DNA of 59,850 nucleotides from a virus (Duplodnaviria; Caudoviricetes): IMG/VR virus record IMGVR_UViG_3300030098_002885, positions 1 to 59,850 of that record; one strand, 5' to 3'. Shown piece by piece: positions 18,240 to 28,100 of this stretch (position 1 is its first letter; each line of letters starts with the position of its first letter). The notes under the pieces were generated by a model. It saw only the letters and a program-made list of their open reading frames with translations, ran no database searches and was not told where the DNA came from. The position numbers and the translations under genes were made by a program.

Positions 18240-18254
18240 GAAAAACCTTATACT
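18226..18254 (+). promoter_or_regulatory. Sigma70-like promoter TTGATA-N17-TATACT upstream of the acyltransferase/ejection genes
   Basis: Exact 17-bp spacing spanning the end of the nozzle gene. Confidence 0.6.
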
Positions 18255-18323
18255 ACTTCATACTTAATGTATTCTACGAGGCAACTGTCAGACGAGAATA
18301 TCTAAACTTGATTGGATATTTGA

Positions 18324-18839
18324 ATGTTGCCGTTAGAGAAATACGACTCTCCAGATAAGTTTATTCCTTTAACCCCCACCGAAGTTACTTGTGGGTGCGG
18401 TAAGAACCCAAGGTCTGACAGCTTGGCTTATAAACGTGACATGTATGATATAGTTTCTCTTATGTCTGCCTGTCCTCACTATGGAGGGTGGCCTCTTCGC
18501 TCTATTAAAAGAGTGATTGCTCCTGCTGTTCTTCTCAACCAATACAAAATCTTTCGGTATGCTAAGAAGCCTGTCGGGTTTGTGACTTGGGCATTTTTCG
18601 ATGAGGAAGCGCATAACTCCTTTGTCCATAACTTCCGACTACTCCGACCATCCGATTTCCACTCAGGTAACAGACTGTGGATTATGGATGTTTGCACCCG
18701 TGCCGATGCGCCTAAAGGTTTGCCTCGGAAGATGATCCGCTACCTTCGTGAGCGGTTTGCTGATAGGGTTTATCAGGGCGGGGCCTTCTGGAAGAAAGAT
18801 AACAAATCCCACAAAGGTGTGAGGTCTGCTTATGTTTGA
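18324..18839 (+). CDS. hlyC: HlyC-family (RTX toxin-activating) acyltransferase homolog
   Basis: W-P-L, IAPAVLLNQY, PVGFVTWAF and DFHSGNRLWIMD match the HlyC/CyaC family pattern along most of the protein. Confidence 0.85.
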   Translation: MLPLEKYDSPDKFIPLTPTEVTCGCGKNPRSDSLAYKRDMYDIVSLMSACPHYGGWPLRSIKRVIAPAVLLNQYKIFRYAKKPVGFVTWAFFDEEAHNSFVHNFRLLRPSDFHSGNRLWIMDVCTRADAPKGLPRKMIRYLRERFADRVYQGGAFWKKDNKSHKGVRSAYV

Positions 18840-19986
18840 CTGGCGTAGACCGATGTGGACGGACAATCCACTTCAGAAGCCGTGGGAAGAGTTAGGCTTT
18901 AATGAGTACGAGGCTAGACACTGTTGCTTTGGGTCTGACGGTGGTGAAGATGGTGGGGCTGATGACCAAGACGGTGGCCTCACTGCTGAAGATACTTCTG
19001 GTTCAGTTACAGGTACAGATGCAAGTACCGAAGCTGATGGTCAGGAGATGGATGACTTCGATGCTTATGGAGAAGCCTACACTGACGAACACTCAGCCTC
19101 TATGGGTAACGAGAGTGCGACTGAAGGAGAACAAGGCGAGGAAGCTGGTCTAACTAGTGTCTGGGACCCCGAGACAGGTAAAGAGTACGGACAACAACGC
19201 AGTGAAGGTTTCTGGGGAGGTATGGAAGTTACAGACCCCACAAAGAGTAGCTGGGGCGGTAAGGTTCTTGACGCTTTTCTGAGTATCTTTAAGACTATCC
19301 TTGTAACCAAAGTTCCAGCCCTAGCTATCCCTATAGGGTTGTATAACATATCTAAAGCTAAGACTGTGGGAGAGGCTATACCTAGTATCATTGGTATGGG
19401 AACGATGCTTCCCGGAAATGTGGGTAAGGCGTTCTCCAACGTAAGCGCGGTCTTAGGTGCGGCATCAGCGGCTAAGAAGGGAGCCGACTTTGTTACAGGC
19501 GATTTATTAGATAAGCCTGACCTTATGGAACCTGTAAATCAAATGATGGCTGGTGTTAATCGAAACCTAGGGCTGAATACCCCGAACCCTGCTCATATGA
19601 ATATTTGGGGAGAACTCGGTATTAGAGGTCCTAACGATGGTAGTGGTCAGGCCCCTCCTCCTTCCTCTAGTGGTGGTACTTCTACAACAGGGGCCAGTGA
19701 TCCCTTTGGAGGAAACTACGGGTCAGGTGATGACTCTCCCGACCCAGAACCGATAAAGAGAATTTTGGCAGAAAACGTACCAACACGGACATCAACTCCG
19801 TTGATGACGAGTTCAGTCTCGGAGACCATGCCCTTGAGTATGACCTCCTTCGGTGATCCTGAGGGCAAGAGACTTCCGTATGGTATGACTAGCCCCTTCT
19901 CAGGGGTGACTGATAGTTTGGACGGAGCCTCTATTGGCTCCTTATATGGGTCCCCTAGAGCGGGACGAATGAGAGCGGCGGCATAG
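18832..19986 (+). CDS. Probable internal virion/ejection protein 1
   Basis: Leader ending HCCFG, acidic tract, then Gly/Ala-rich hydrophobic segment; lies after the nozzle. Confidence 0.55.
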   Translation: MFDWRRPMWTDNPLQKPWEELGFNEYEARHCCFGSDGGEDGGADDQDGGLTAEDTSGSVTGTDASTEADGQEMDDFDAYGEAYTDEHSASMGNESATEGEQGEEAGLTSVWDPETGKEYGQQRSEGFWGGMEVTDPTKSSWGGKVLDAFLSIFKTILVTKVPALAIPIGLYNISKAKTVGEAIPSIIGMGTMLPGNVGKAFSNVSAVLGAASAAKKGADFVTGDLLDKPDLMEPVNQMMAGVNRNLGLNTPNPAHMNIWGELGIRGPNDGSGQAPPPSSSGGTSTTGASDPFGGNYGSGDDSPDPEPIKRILAENVPTRTSTPLMTSSVSETMPLSMTSFGDPEGKRLPYGMTSPFSGVTDSLDGASIGSLYGSPRAGRMRAAA

Positions 19987-19993
19987 GTGCATC

Positions 19994-21457
19994 ATGGGTG
20001 TTTTTGATAAAGTAACTGATTTCTTTAGTAAGCCAGCAGTCCGTATAGGCTTGGGCGTAGCTTCTGCGGCTGGCGGGGCTGGCCTCTTCGATAGCTTTGA
20101 CAATAGCGATGAAGGGGGAACGGATTGGTCTAATGTTCTTACCACAGGGGCAGGGATAGGCAATCTAGTTAGTGCGGCCTCTGCCAGAGATGCTTGGTCT
20201 ATTCCTCAAGCGGCTTTAGGTGGTTATGGAGTTCTTCAGAAGAACAAGATCGGTGGTATAGGAAACTTCGGAACTTTCGGACAAAGCTACGATAGAGTTA
20301 TGAAAGCACCTCCGGGATTTGGTTCTGGCGTAAGCGCATTTTTTGGGGGTCAACAGCCCGGTCAAACTGCCATCTCAGCACCTATCAGCCTTGTAAAACC
20401 ACGTCCTCAAGTGGATGCTAACACCACAACTTCACAAGGGGACGGTGTACCGATCATTCAGAGTGAGGAGGATCGGTATGCCGCACCCCTTCTTACTACT
20501 ACTTCTTCTTCTACGACGGGCGGCGAGCAAGTTAATCGTAGTAGTTTAGAACAAAGAAAAGCGGCTTTTCGTGCGAATACCGTGGCGAAGCCATCGGGTA
20601 TGTTGCACGATGGGACAACTCACAACAGTGATGGTTTTATGAATCCGCTGAGAGACCAGAGGAACAACTTATCTGGTGGTGAGGGAACCCCACGCCTTGG
20701 GGGAGGCCATGATATTGATACACTATCATCACCTGAGTCTCCTTGGATATCAGGTCTACAGCCCGGAGACTTGAGGCAGGGGATTAACACCAACCTTCAA
20801 GCAGACTCCCTCGGTCCTGCCCTTAATAATAGTATCGAACAAAGAGTCAGTGCCGTTCCTTCTGCACATCTAGGGCAATCAGCGGCTCAACGTATCGCGG
20901 GACAGGTAGCGGAAAACACACAGAAGGCGGCATCTAAAGACTTTAAAGGCTTTATGAATAATGTGTTCCAGAAAGCTATGGATAAACCTCTAGCTACTTT
21001 AGCTATAGCTAACGCTATTATGACTTCTTTTACGGATACCCGTGACGAAGATGCCGCTTCTGCATACGCAACGGAGATGGCTTATTATCGTCAACGACTA
21101 GACCCATCTTCTGGATTCGCCCAAGAATGGCAGGGTGCTTATATCCAAGATAAAGAGGATGAACTTGATAAACATTTCGCTAAAGCGGAAGCCGATTTTA
21201 CGGCAACCATGGCTCGTAGAGGTATGAACGACACTACTGTCGCCGCTTCTGGTAGAGCTTCCCTTGCCAAAGCGAAAGCTAAACTTAAAGCGAATATTAA
21301 GTCTGATGCTTATCAAGCCTATGCCAACTACCAAAGAAGCCTGATGCAAGCAGAGGCTTACGCTGGTAAGAACGCTCTCGCGGCGGCTAACGTAGCTCAA
21401 GGTTCTGGGTCTAACTTCCAAAATGCGGCGGCGGCGGCTGTTAAATCTATAGTTTAA
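19994..21457 (+). CDS. Probable internal virion/ejection protein 2
   Basis: MGVFDKV start, Gly/Ala-rich; MARRGM..T motif typical of DNA-transfer proteins. Confidence 0.6.
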   Translation: MGVFDKVTDFFSKPAVRIGLGVASAAGGAGLFDSFDNSDEGGTDWSNVLTTGAGIGNLVSAASARDAWSIPQAALGGYGVLQKNKIGGIGNFGTFGQSYDRVMKAPPGFGSGVSAFFGGQQPGQTAISAPISLVKPRPQVDANTTTSQGDGVPIIQSEEDRYAAPLLTTTSSSTTGGEQVNRSSLEQRKAAFRANTVAKPSGMLHDGTTHNSDGFMNPLRDQRNNLSGGEGTPRLGGGHDIDTLSSPESPWISGLQPGDLRQGINTNLQADSLGPALNNSIEQRVSAVPSAHLGQSAAQRIAGQVAENTQKAASKDFKGFMNNVFQKAMDKPLATLAIANAIMTSFTDTRDEDAASAYATEMAYYRQRLDPSSGFAQEWQGAYIQDKEDELDKHFAKAEADFTATMARRGMNDTTVAASGRASLAKAKAKLKANIKSDAYQAYANYQRSLMQAEAYAGKNALAAANVAQGSGSNFQNAAAAAVKSIV

Positions 21458-21467
21458 GGAGGGCGGT

Positions 21468-22172
21468 ATGCCTGAGTGGACAACGGTAGTAGATAGGTTA
21501 GGCACTCTTGCAGGGGGGATGCAACATGCCCTTAATGCCAAAGAGAAAGCTGAAGCCGCAACTCGTTATGATAGGTGGCATGACTTAGAGAAGTTAAATG
21601 CTAAGTACGCTCTAGCTAATGCTATACAGGGAGGTCAGAATTACAGAGCGGAATTACAGGCTCTGTCGAAAGCCCAGCCTAAACCTATTACTTGGTCCGA
21701 AGATTCAAAGATTACTGATGCAGTCAGTGAGGCAGTGACTACGGCTTTTACCCATCCTTTAGGGGATGGAAATGCTTCCGACCTCTTCTCTGGTGATGAA
21801 CTTACTTCAGACGCTCAACCTTTGTATGCCGAGCTTTCTGGAATGGCAGAAGAAGCCTTACGTTCTCGTCCTGATATTCTTAAAGACCCTAGTAAAGTAA
21901 AGGCTTTCCTTAATCAGTGGATGCAAGATTACGCTCCTATTGTGACTGATGATGCTCGTCCATGGTATCGGGGGTGGTTTGGTGACCAGCCTAGTTACAC
22001 TTTCGGTGGTTCTGTGGGTGCAGAGATCAATAGGATTAGACAGAGCCTTCAGCGTATTACGTCCCCTTCGCAAAGACGTAAGGCTCTGCAAAAGGTTCAA
22101 CAAGATTTAGCTAAGAAGTATCCTCCTCAGACAGCAAGAATCCTATTCCAGCGAATATCAGGCGGCATGTAA
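21468..22172 (+). CDS. Probable internal virion/ejection protein 3
   Basis: AGGAGG RBS; helical; LGTLAGGMQ N-terminus; coupled to the giant ORF. Confidence 0.55.
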   Translation: MPEWTTVVDRLGTLAGGMQHALNAKEKAEAATRYDRWHDLEKLNAKYALANAIQGGQNYRAELQALSKAQPKPITWSEDSKITDAVSEAVTTAFTHPLGDGNASDLFSGDELTSDAQPLYAELSGMAEEALRSRPDILKDPSKVKAFLNQWMQDYAPIVTDDARPWYRGWFGDQPSYTFGGSVGAEINRIRQSLQRITSPSQRRKALQKVQQDLAKKYPPQTARILFQRISGGM

Positions 22173-25100
22173 TGGCTGACAATACGGACGACCTCTTTAC
22201 CAACCCGACAACACGGGCGGCTTCAGATCGGCTTGAAGCCTCTAAGAAGCAACTAGAGGGGATGTACCCCGCTGGTAAGGCACAGGCTTTCTTGGATGCT
22301 ACCCGTCCTAAGACAGGACCTTTTGGGCAAATTAAAGGGTCTGGTATGGCGGATGGTCTTGCTGAGATTGCCAGCGGGTTCCCAGATTATGCACCTCTTG
22401 CCGGGGAGAAGGGAACCACAGGAACCGTCCAAGGCCCTGATGATATTCAAGATGGTGATTTTTCTGATTCTTTTGCTCGCGCCCACAGCAATGCTTGGAA
22501 AGATGTTGGTATAGGCTTAACGGCTGTCCAAGGAAACGAAGACGATCTTATGGTATCTCTAGAGCAGAAGTACCAGCGGAGGGCAAATGGTCTAGATGTA
22601 GACCCAGAACTCTGGACAGCAGAAGCGAAGACATGGTCAGAAGGGGCTAAACAATTCTTCACAGGGAAACACCGTTTCTTTGATCGTGATTACTGGGGGA
22701 ATTTTGCTGGTGGGCAACTACCTATGCTGGAAAGCATGGCAGTCGGCACAGGGGTAGGGGCCAAAACAGGGGCTATGTACACTGCTTGGGCAGGGCCTAA
22801 AGCATTGATTGGTGCAGGGGGAGGAGCCTTAGTTGGTGCGGCTGGAGGAAGTGGCGCACATGTATATTTACAGACTCTTGGTGGGACACTCACTGATGCA
22901 TACTTTATGTATCGTCAGAAAGGGTTCGGAGGACGAGAGGCATACGAGAAAGCTAGAGAAGTTGCGGATGTGGATGCCGCTAAGTCTGGCGCGATAGCCT
23001 CTTTAGCTGTCTTCGTTGCTCCTCTACGTCTAGCTAGTGGTGCGACAGCAACAGCAGGACGAGCCACTGTTAGTGGGATTAGTCGCGCTGTCCCTAGAGT
23101 TATATGGTCTGCCCCCGCTGGAGAAGCTGTAAAGACAACTATTAAGAAGCAGTTACTTCAACAGACTCTAATCGTGCAACCATCCTTAGAGTTAGTGGAT
23201 ACGGTCACCTCTAATGTTATAGCAAAAAATTCTTATGACCCTGCCAGAGTTCTTCATCAAGGCTCCGTTGATGCCGTTGTAGGCTCTATCCTCTTTGACA
23301 TCCCCACTACAGGGGGTGGGATGATGTTCCAGAGGTACAAACGGAGACAGGCTTTAGGCCCTAACGAGGACGGAACTCCCGGAACTGACGGCGAAAATAC
23401 TTTTGTGTATGCCCCTGCGTTTGATCCAGAACCTGATCAATCCGCTCCTCTCGTCCCTGCTCCCCTTCAGTTGGAGGGGCCAAGATTCCAAGTCATGCCA
23501 CAACCTGACGGCACATTTGTGGTCAGAGATAGGAACGAGTCTCAGGTCTATGAGACAGGAACTTTCTTGGCTCCTGAGACCAAAGACCAACTTCAGTCTG
23601 GGCTAGACCAACTCGTTCAACAACTACAACAACTAGAACAACGAGCTAATATAGCCGAAGGCCAAGGCCGTCCTGATGCGGCTATAGCGAAAATCTACGA
23701 AAAGATACGAGAAGTTGAAGCTCAGATAGAGGCTCAACAAGCCTTAGTAGACGGTAAACCTACTCCGTCAAACGAGGAAACGGCTGTTGACCTATCCATG
23801 GTTTTCGATAATGAGGCTGATGCTCAAGCTGAAGCGGAAGCTCGTAACCAACATGCGGCTAGTGAGTGGGCTAGCCCATGGTTCCCTGAGAATAAAACCA
23901 GTCGGGCTAGTTTTGTCCAAGAACAGATTGAACGTCTAGCCGCCAAAGATGCAGAACTTCGTCAGACAGAGCCTGAGTACACAGGCGATGTGAAGTTTGA
24001 TAACGCTATTAACTTCCTTCAGTGGTTGGGGGAAGCAGACGCTATTATAGATCGGATCAATGCTCTCCCCATACAAGAACGAAACTCCCAGAAGAACCAA
24101 GCATTGTATGCGGATGCTAAAGAACGCCTGTGGTTACTGAAAAGTCTGATGGACCCAGTGCGGATTGCTACTCGTCCTAACAAGATTTTCACCTCTAAAG
24201 GAATAACGTATCGGGTCTGGCTAGATCGTAATGGAGAAGCCTTCCAGCCGAAACCGGGGAACCCCAACTGGATTAGGGTGTACGATCAGACTAACAAAGC
24301 GAAGGGGTATCGTGATGTATCAGTAGCTTCTGGGGAGTTGGAGGATATCTCTGTCCCGTTACCTACTAATATGTTGTTGAATGACCCCGATCATCTGAAA
24401 CGTATCTATGAAGTTAAGCGTAGGTTTGATGAGACCTTACAGCTTCCTCCCTCAGAGTTGAGACTGACTGATCAATCGGACCCCCGTGCGCCTGATGCTA
24501 GTGTTATCCAGACAGATGTAGATCAGCAAAAGGCAGACTTTGATGCCGCCAATGAACTAGCGGAACAACAGAAAGCTGAGAGGGAAGCCAAAGAGGAAGC
24601 TGATAACGAATCTGAAGCACGTTTTCTTGAGCGGAGTAAAGAGGTTTTAGAACGCAAAGGGGCAGAGGCCGAGGCAGTAAGCCCTGATGTAGGAGAAGCG
24701 GCGGCTCTTTCTCAAGCCTCAAGACCTTTTGCCGTACCAGCGGCAGGACCCGACACTATTCTGGTAGGTACTGGGGATGTTAGAACTATTCCCATATCAC
24801 AGGGTGCAGTCCGTAATGACTGGGAAGTGGAGGAAGCTGAAGCTGAAGCTGAAGACGCTCCAGCCCCGGAAGCTGTCGTAGACATAGACACAGACGTAGA
24901 CACAGACACACAGACAGCCGCTGTAAAAGCAGACGTTCCTTTAGAACTCTTGGAGTCTATGGATGCGGAAGAACTCGCCCAAGCAGACGCGGAATCTGCG
25001 GCCCGAAAAGAAGTAGAGCGCATAGAAGCGTTTGCCAAAGAGCATGATTTGGAAAGCGTCTATGATATGGCTAGAGAGAACGCCAATCAGACCTCAACAG

Positions 25101-28100
25101 AGGGTACTTGGGACCAGCGTATGGCTGGCGTTATTGAACGTAATAAGAAACTTGCTCCTTACAATGAAGGGAAGAACGTCCTTAACGAAGATACTAATAT
25201 GGATTCTCTCCCCTACCTCAATAGTATTATAGGGTCCTTCCAAACGCTCATGGAGGACGGGACATTTGATTCTCCTCTAACAGAAAAAAATGAACTAATT
25301 CCTAAGGAGACCTACGACTTATACCGCTCTCAGAAATTCGGGGAAGGTATAAGAAGCATTGAAGAGGCAGTGCCTAAAACCCTTGAGGCTAAGACTGATA
25401 TCCTCATTAAGAAGTATGAGAAAGCTCAAGGAAATACCCCCACTAGGACTGGGCCGCTGGTGGATGCTCTCGTTGGTGCAGTACAAGGTAAGAAGAAGCC
25501 AGCCACTAAGAAGATTTATGTCTACGTCAAATATAAAGGCGAGACTAAGTTTGTACCTCATCAAGTTTTTGAGGAAGCGGAGGATGCAAAAGACTCTACA
25601 ATTATGTCAGAGGTTGAGGCTGAGATTGATGACCTAAAGCAACAGGGTCACAAAGCTAAAAAGAGTAAGAAACCGTTCCCTCCTAATGTTCAATATAGTG
25701 TTCGTCCAGAACCCCTCATTGAAAGGGTCTTGGCGTTTGTCCCGCAAGCACAGAAGAAACGAGTAGCTAAAGTTCTTCAGATGTATTCGGATGCTCTCGG
25801 CCCAGAGATGGATAGTGTTAGACTCATGTCTCTGGCTCAATGGCTTTCTGATGTTGATCCTTCTACCCCTGCCGAAACAGCGGCCTTGTTAGCGCAGTTC
25901 GTAAACAAGTTAGATGGACATGTCGAAAGAATCATAGCCATCAATACAGACCTTGATACCGCCACTATCCTAAATGAATTAAGCCATGAGTTAGTTCACT
26001 TAGCAGTAAAGTTAAAGAACCTTCCCGAGGCGGGGATGATCGAATGGTATCGGGCCTTACCTGAGAACACTTTCTATAAACAGAAAGTTAATACTACGGA
26101 TGCCTACAAGAACTTACCTGAGGCTAAAAAAGCTGAAGAGGTTCTCGCTATGGTGCTGGCTGAGATGTCTACTCAACGCTATGGCGGAAGACTCCATAGA
26201 GAGAGCGGATTCCAATATCTATTACGCCAGATACTTCGGATGTTCAATGAACTCTACGACACAATAACTGGGACCAATATGGTCAACAGGTTCTTAGAGA
26301 ACATCAGGAGTTATGGCGTAGATGTGAACCCTGTCAACCCCATGGAAGAGTTCGTCAAAGCAAGTCGAGATGCTTATGCGAAAGAAGCGTGGGGAGATGG
26401 CAGAGCGGCGGCAAGAGAGGAAGGAGAATCCGCTATTAACCCTCACCCCGCAGGAACCACAGAGTATCGGTTCTGGAATATGGGGCGGGATAGTATTCTT
26501 CTCCAGAACAAGGGCCATACAGAGCAAGAGAATGAGGTGCAGTTTTCTATCATCAATGATCCTAACCCTGTAGGGAAAGGTAAGATTGGCCTCGTCTATA
26601 ATGCTATGGAGGAATCGGAAGCTCCGAAGCCTACTCGCAAAGTCTACAAGTTAATGAGGTTGTTCAAGTCTAAGAAGGGTTTGATTTACCCCTTATTTGC
26701 GAGAGCTTCTACAGGAACTCGTAGTACCGAAGCACAGGCCTTCACCATGGGTGAGTGGTACAGAGCAGAAATCCAGAAGCCAAACGATTTAGCAGAACGT
26801 CCGGGAATTCATTCACTAGGCTTGCCTATCTTTGAACAGGGCAATGTCATAATGAAAGCCGACAATGATATTCGTGTGTGGGCAGAAGTAGAAATTCCCA
26901 CCATGAAGAAGGCTACACAGAAAGAATCGGACTCTACTGCAATCCTCAGTAATGGACAACGTGAAGGGATTAGAGAGCGGTTAATAGGGCCTAACGAAAG
27001 CTACAACTTTAAGACTAACCCAAATGCTAAAGTCGGAGCGGCAGGACTGTGGCCCATCTCTGGTTCTATGAAGATCATTCGGTTCTTGGGGAATGAGAGT
27101 ATAGCTAAGATTCTTACGGACGCAGGGCAGAAAGAATATATCCCTAGTCAGAAGTCCTTGTGGTCAGATGCAGATGCGGCAAAGATGACAGAGGAAGCTC
27201 TCAAAGTCAGCGAAGCCGTTAAGAACGCTACGAATGTAGAAGAGTTTATTCCATGGAGTGAGCTAGACCCCACAGGACCTCCTGTCAATTTGACTGAGAT
27301 GGAACAAGTGTCTGTGCAGTACAGTGTAATTCCGCAACACAGACGAGCGCAGAGAGCTAAACCAGCGGGACAACCCCAACAGACTGTGGGCGGTACAGAT
27401 TATAGGTCACTGGACCTAGACAAGACCTCTGCATCTGTGAACGCACTGAACTTCAATGTAGCTGATGTGTGGGAAGAGGTAGTTGCAGACTATGGCCCAG
27501 AAGGAAAAGCTCTGTTAGATCGTCTAGCGGCAGAGAATAATGGGCAAGAGGTTAGACCTCGCGGCAATGCGTTCTGGTTGAAGTCCCTACAACTGCCAGA
27601 CAGAGCAAGGTTCTGGTACGAGATTAGTAGTGAACGGTTCCTAGACGTATTCAAGAAATTTAACAATCCTCAGTTCATTGCCAAATTCATAGACACGGTA
27701 GCCGCTACATCAGTCTTGGCTGGGCCATTAGATAATATTCTTCGGGCGATCTCAGTGACTGCCGAGATGTTCCAGAATAAAGGGATAATGACCGACCTAA
27801 CGGATAAGGGCCAAGGGGCTGGCGTTAATAAAGCATTATCAGATGACCGACTCCCCGGAGACAAGACCGGGAACTTCGCTGGTACTATGAACTATTTAAT
27901 GGGGCTTACGGACACCATACCTCTAAGTACTAATGATAGACAGGTAGCGGCATACTTTAATACGAATGGCGATGTTCTGGCTAATGCTCCTAAGACAGCA
28001 GTAGATGCTCAAGGTAATAGGGTTAAGGTTCCTTCCTTATATGACATGTTGTCTGAGTTCCACATCCGACTAAGGGATCGTTTGAACCAAGAGCTTTTAG

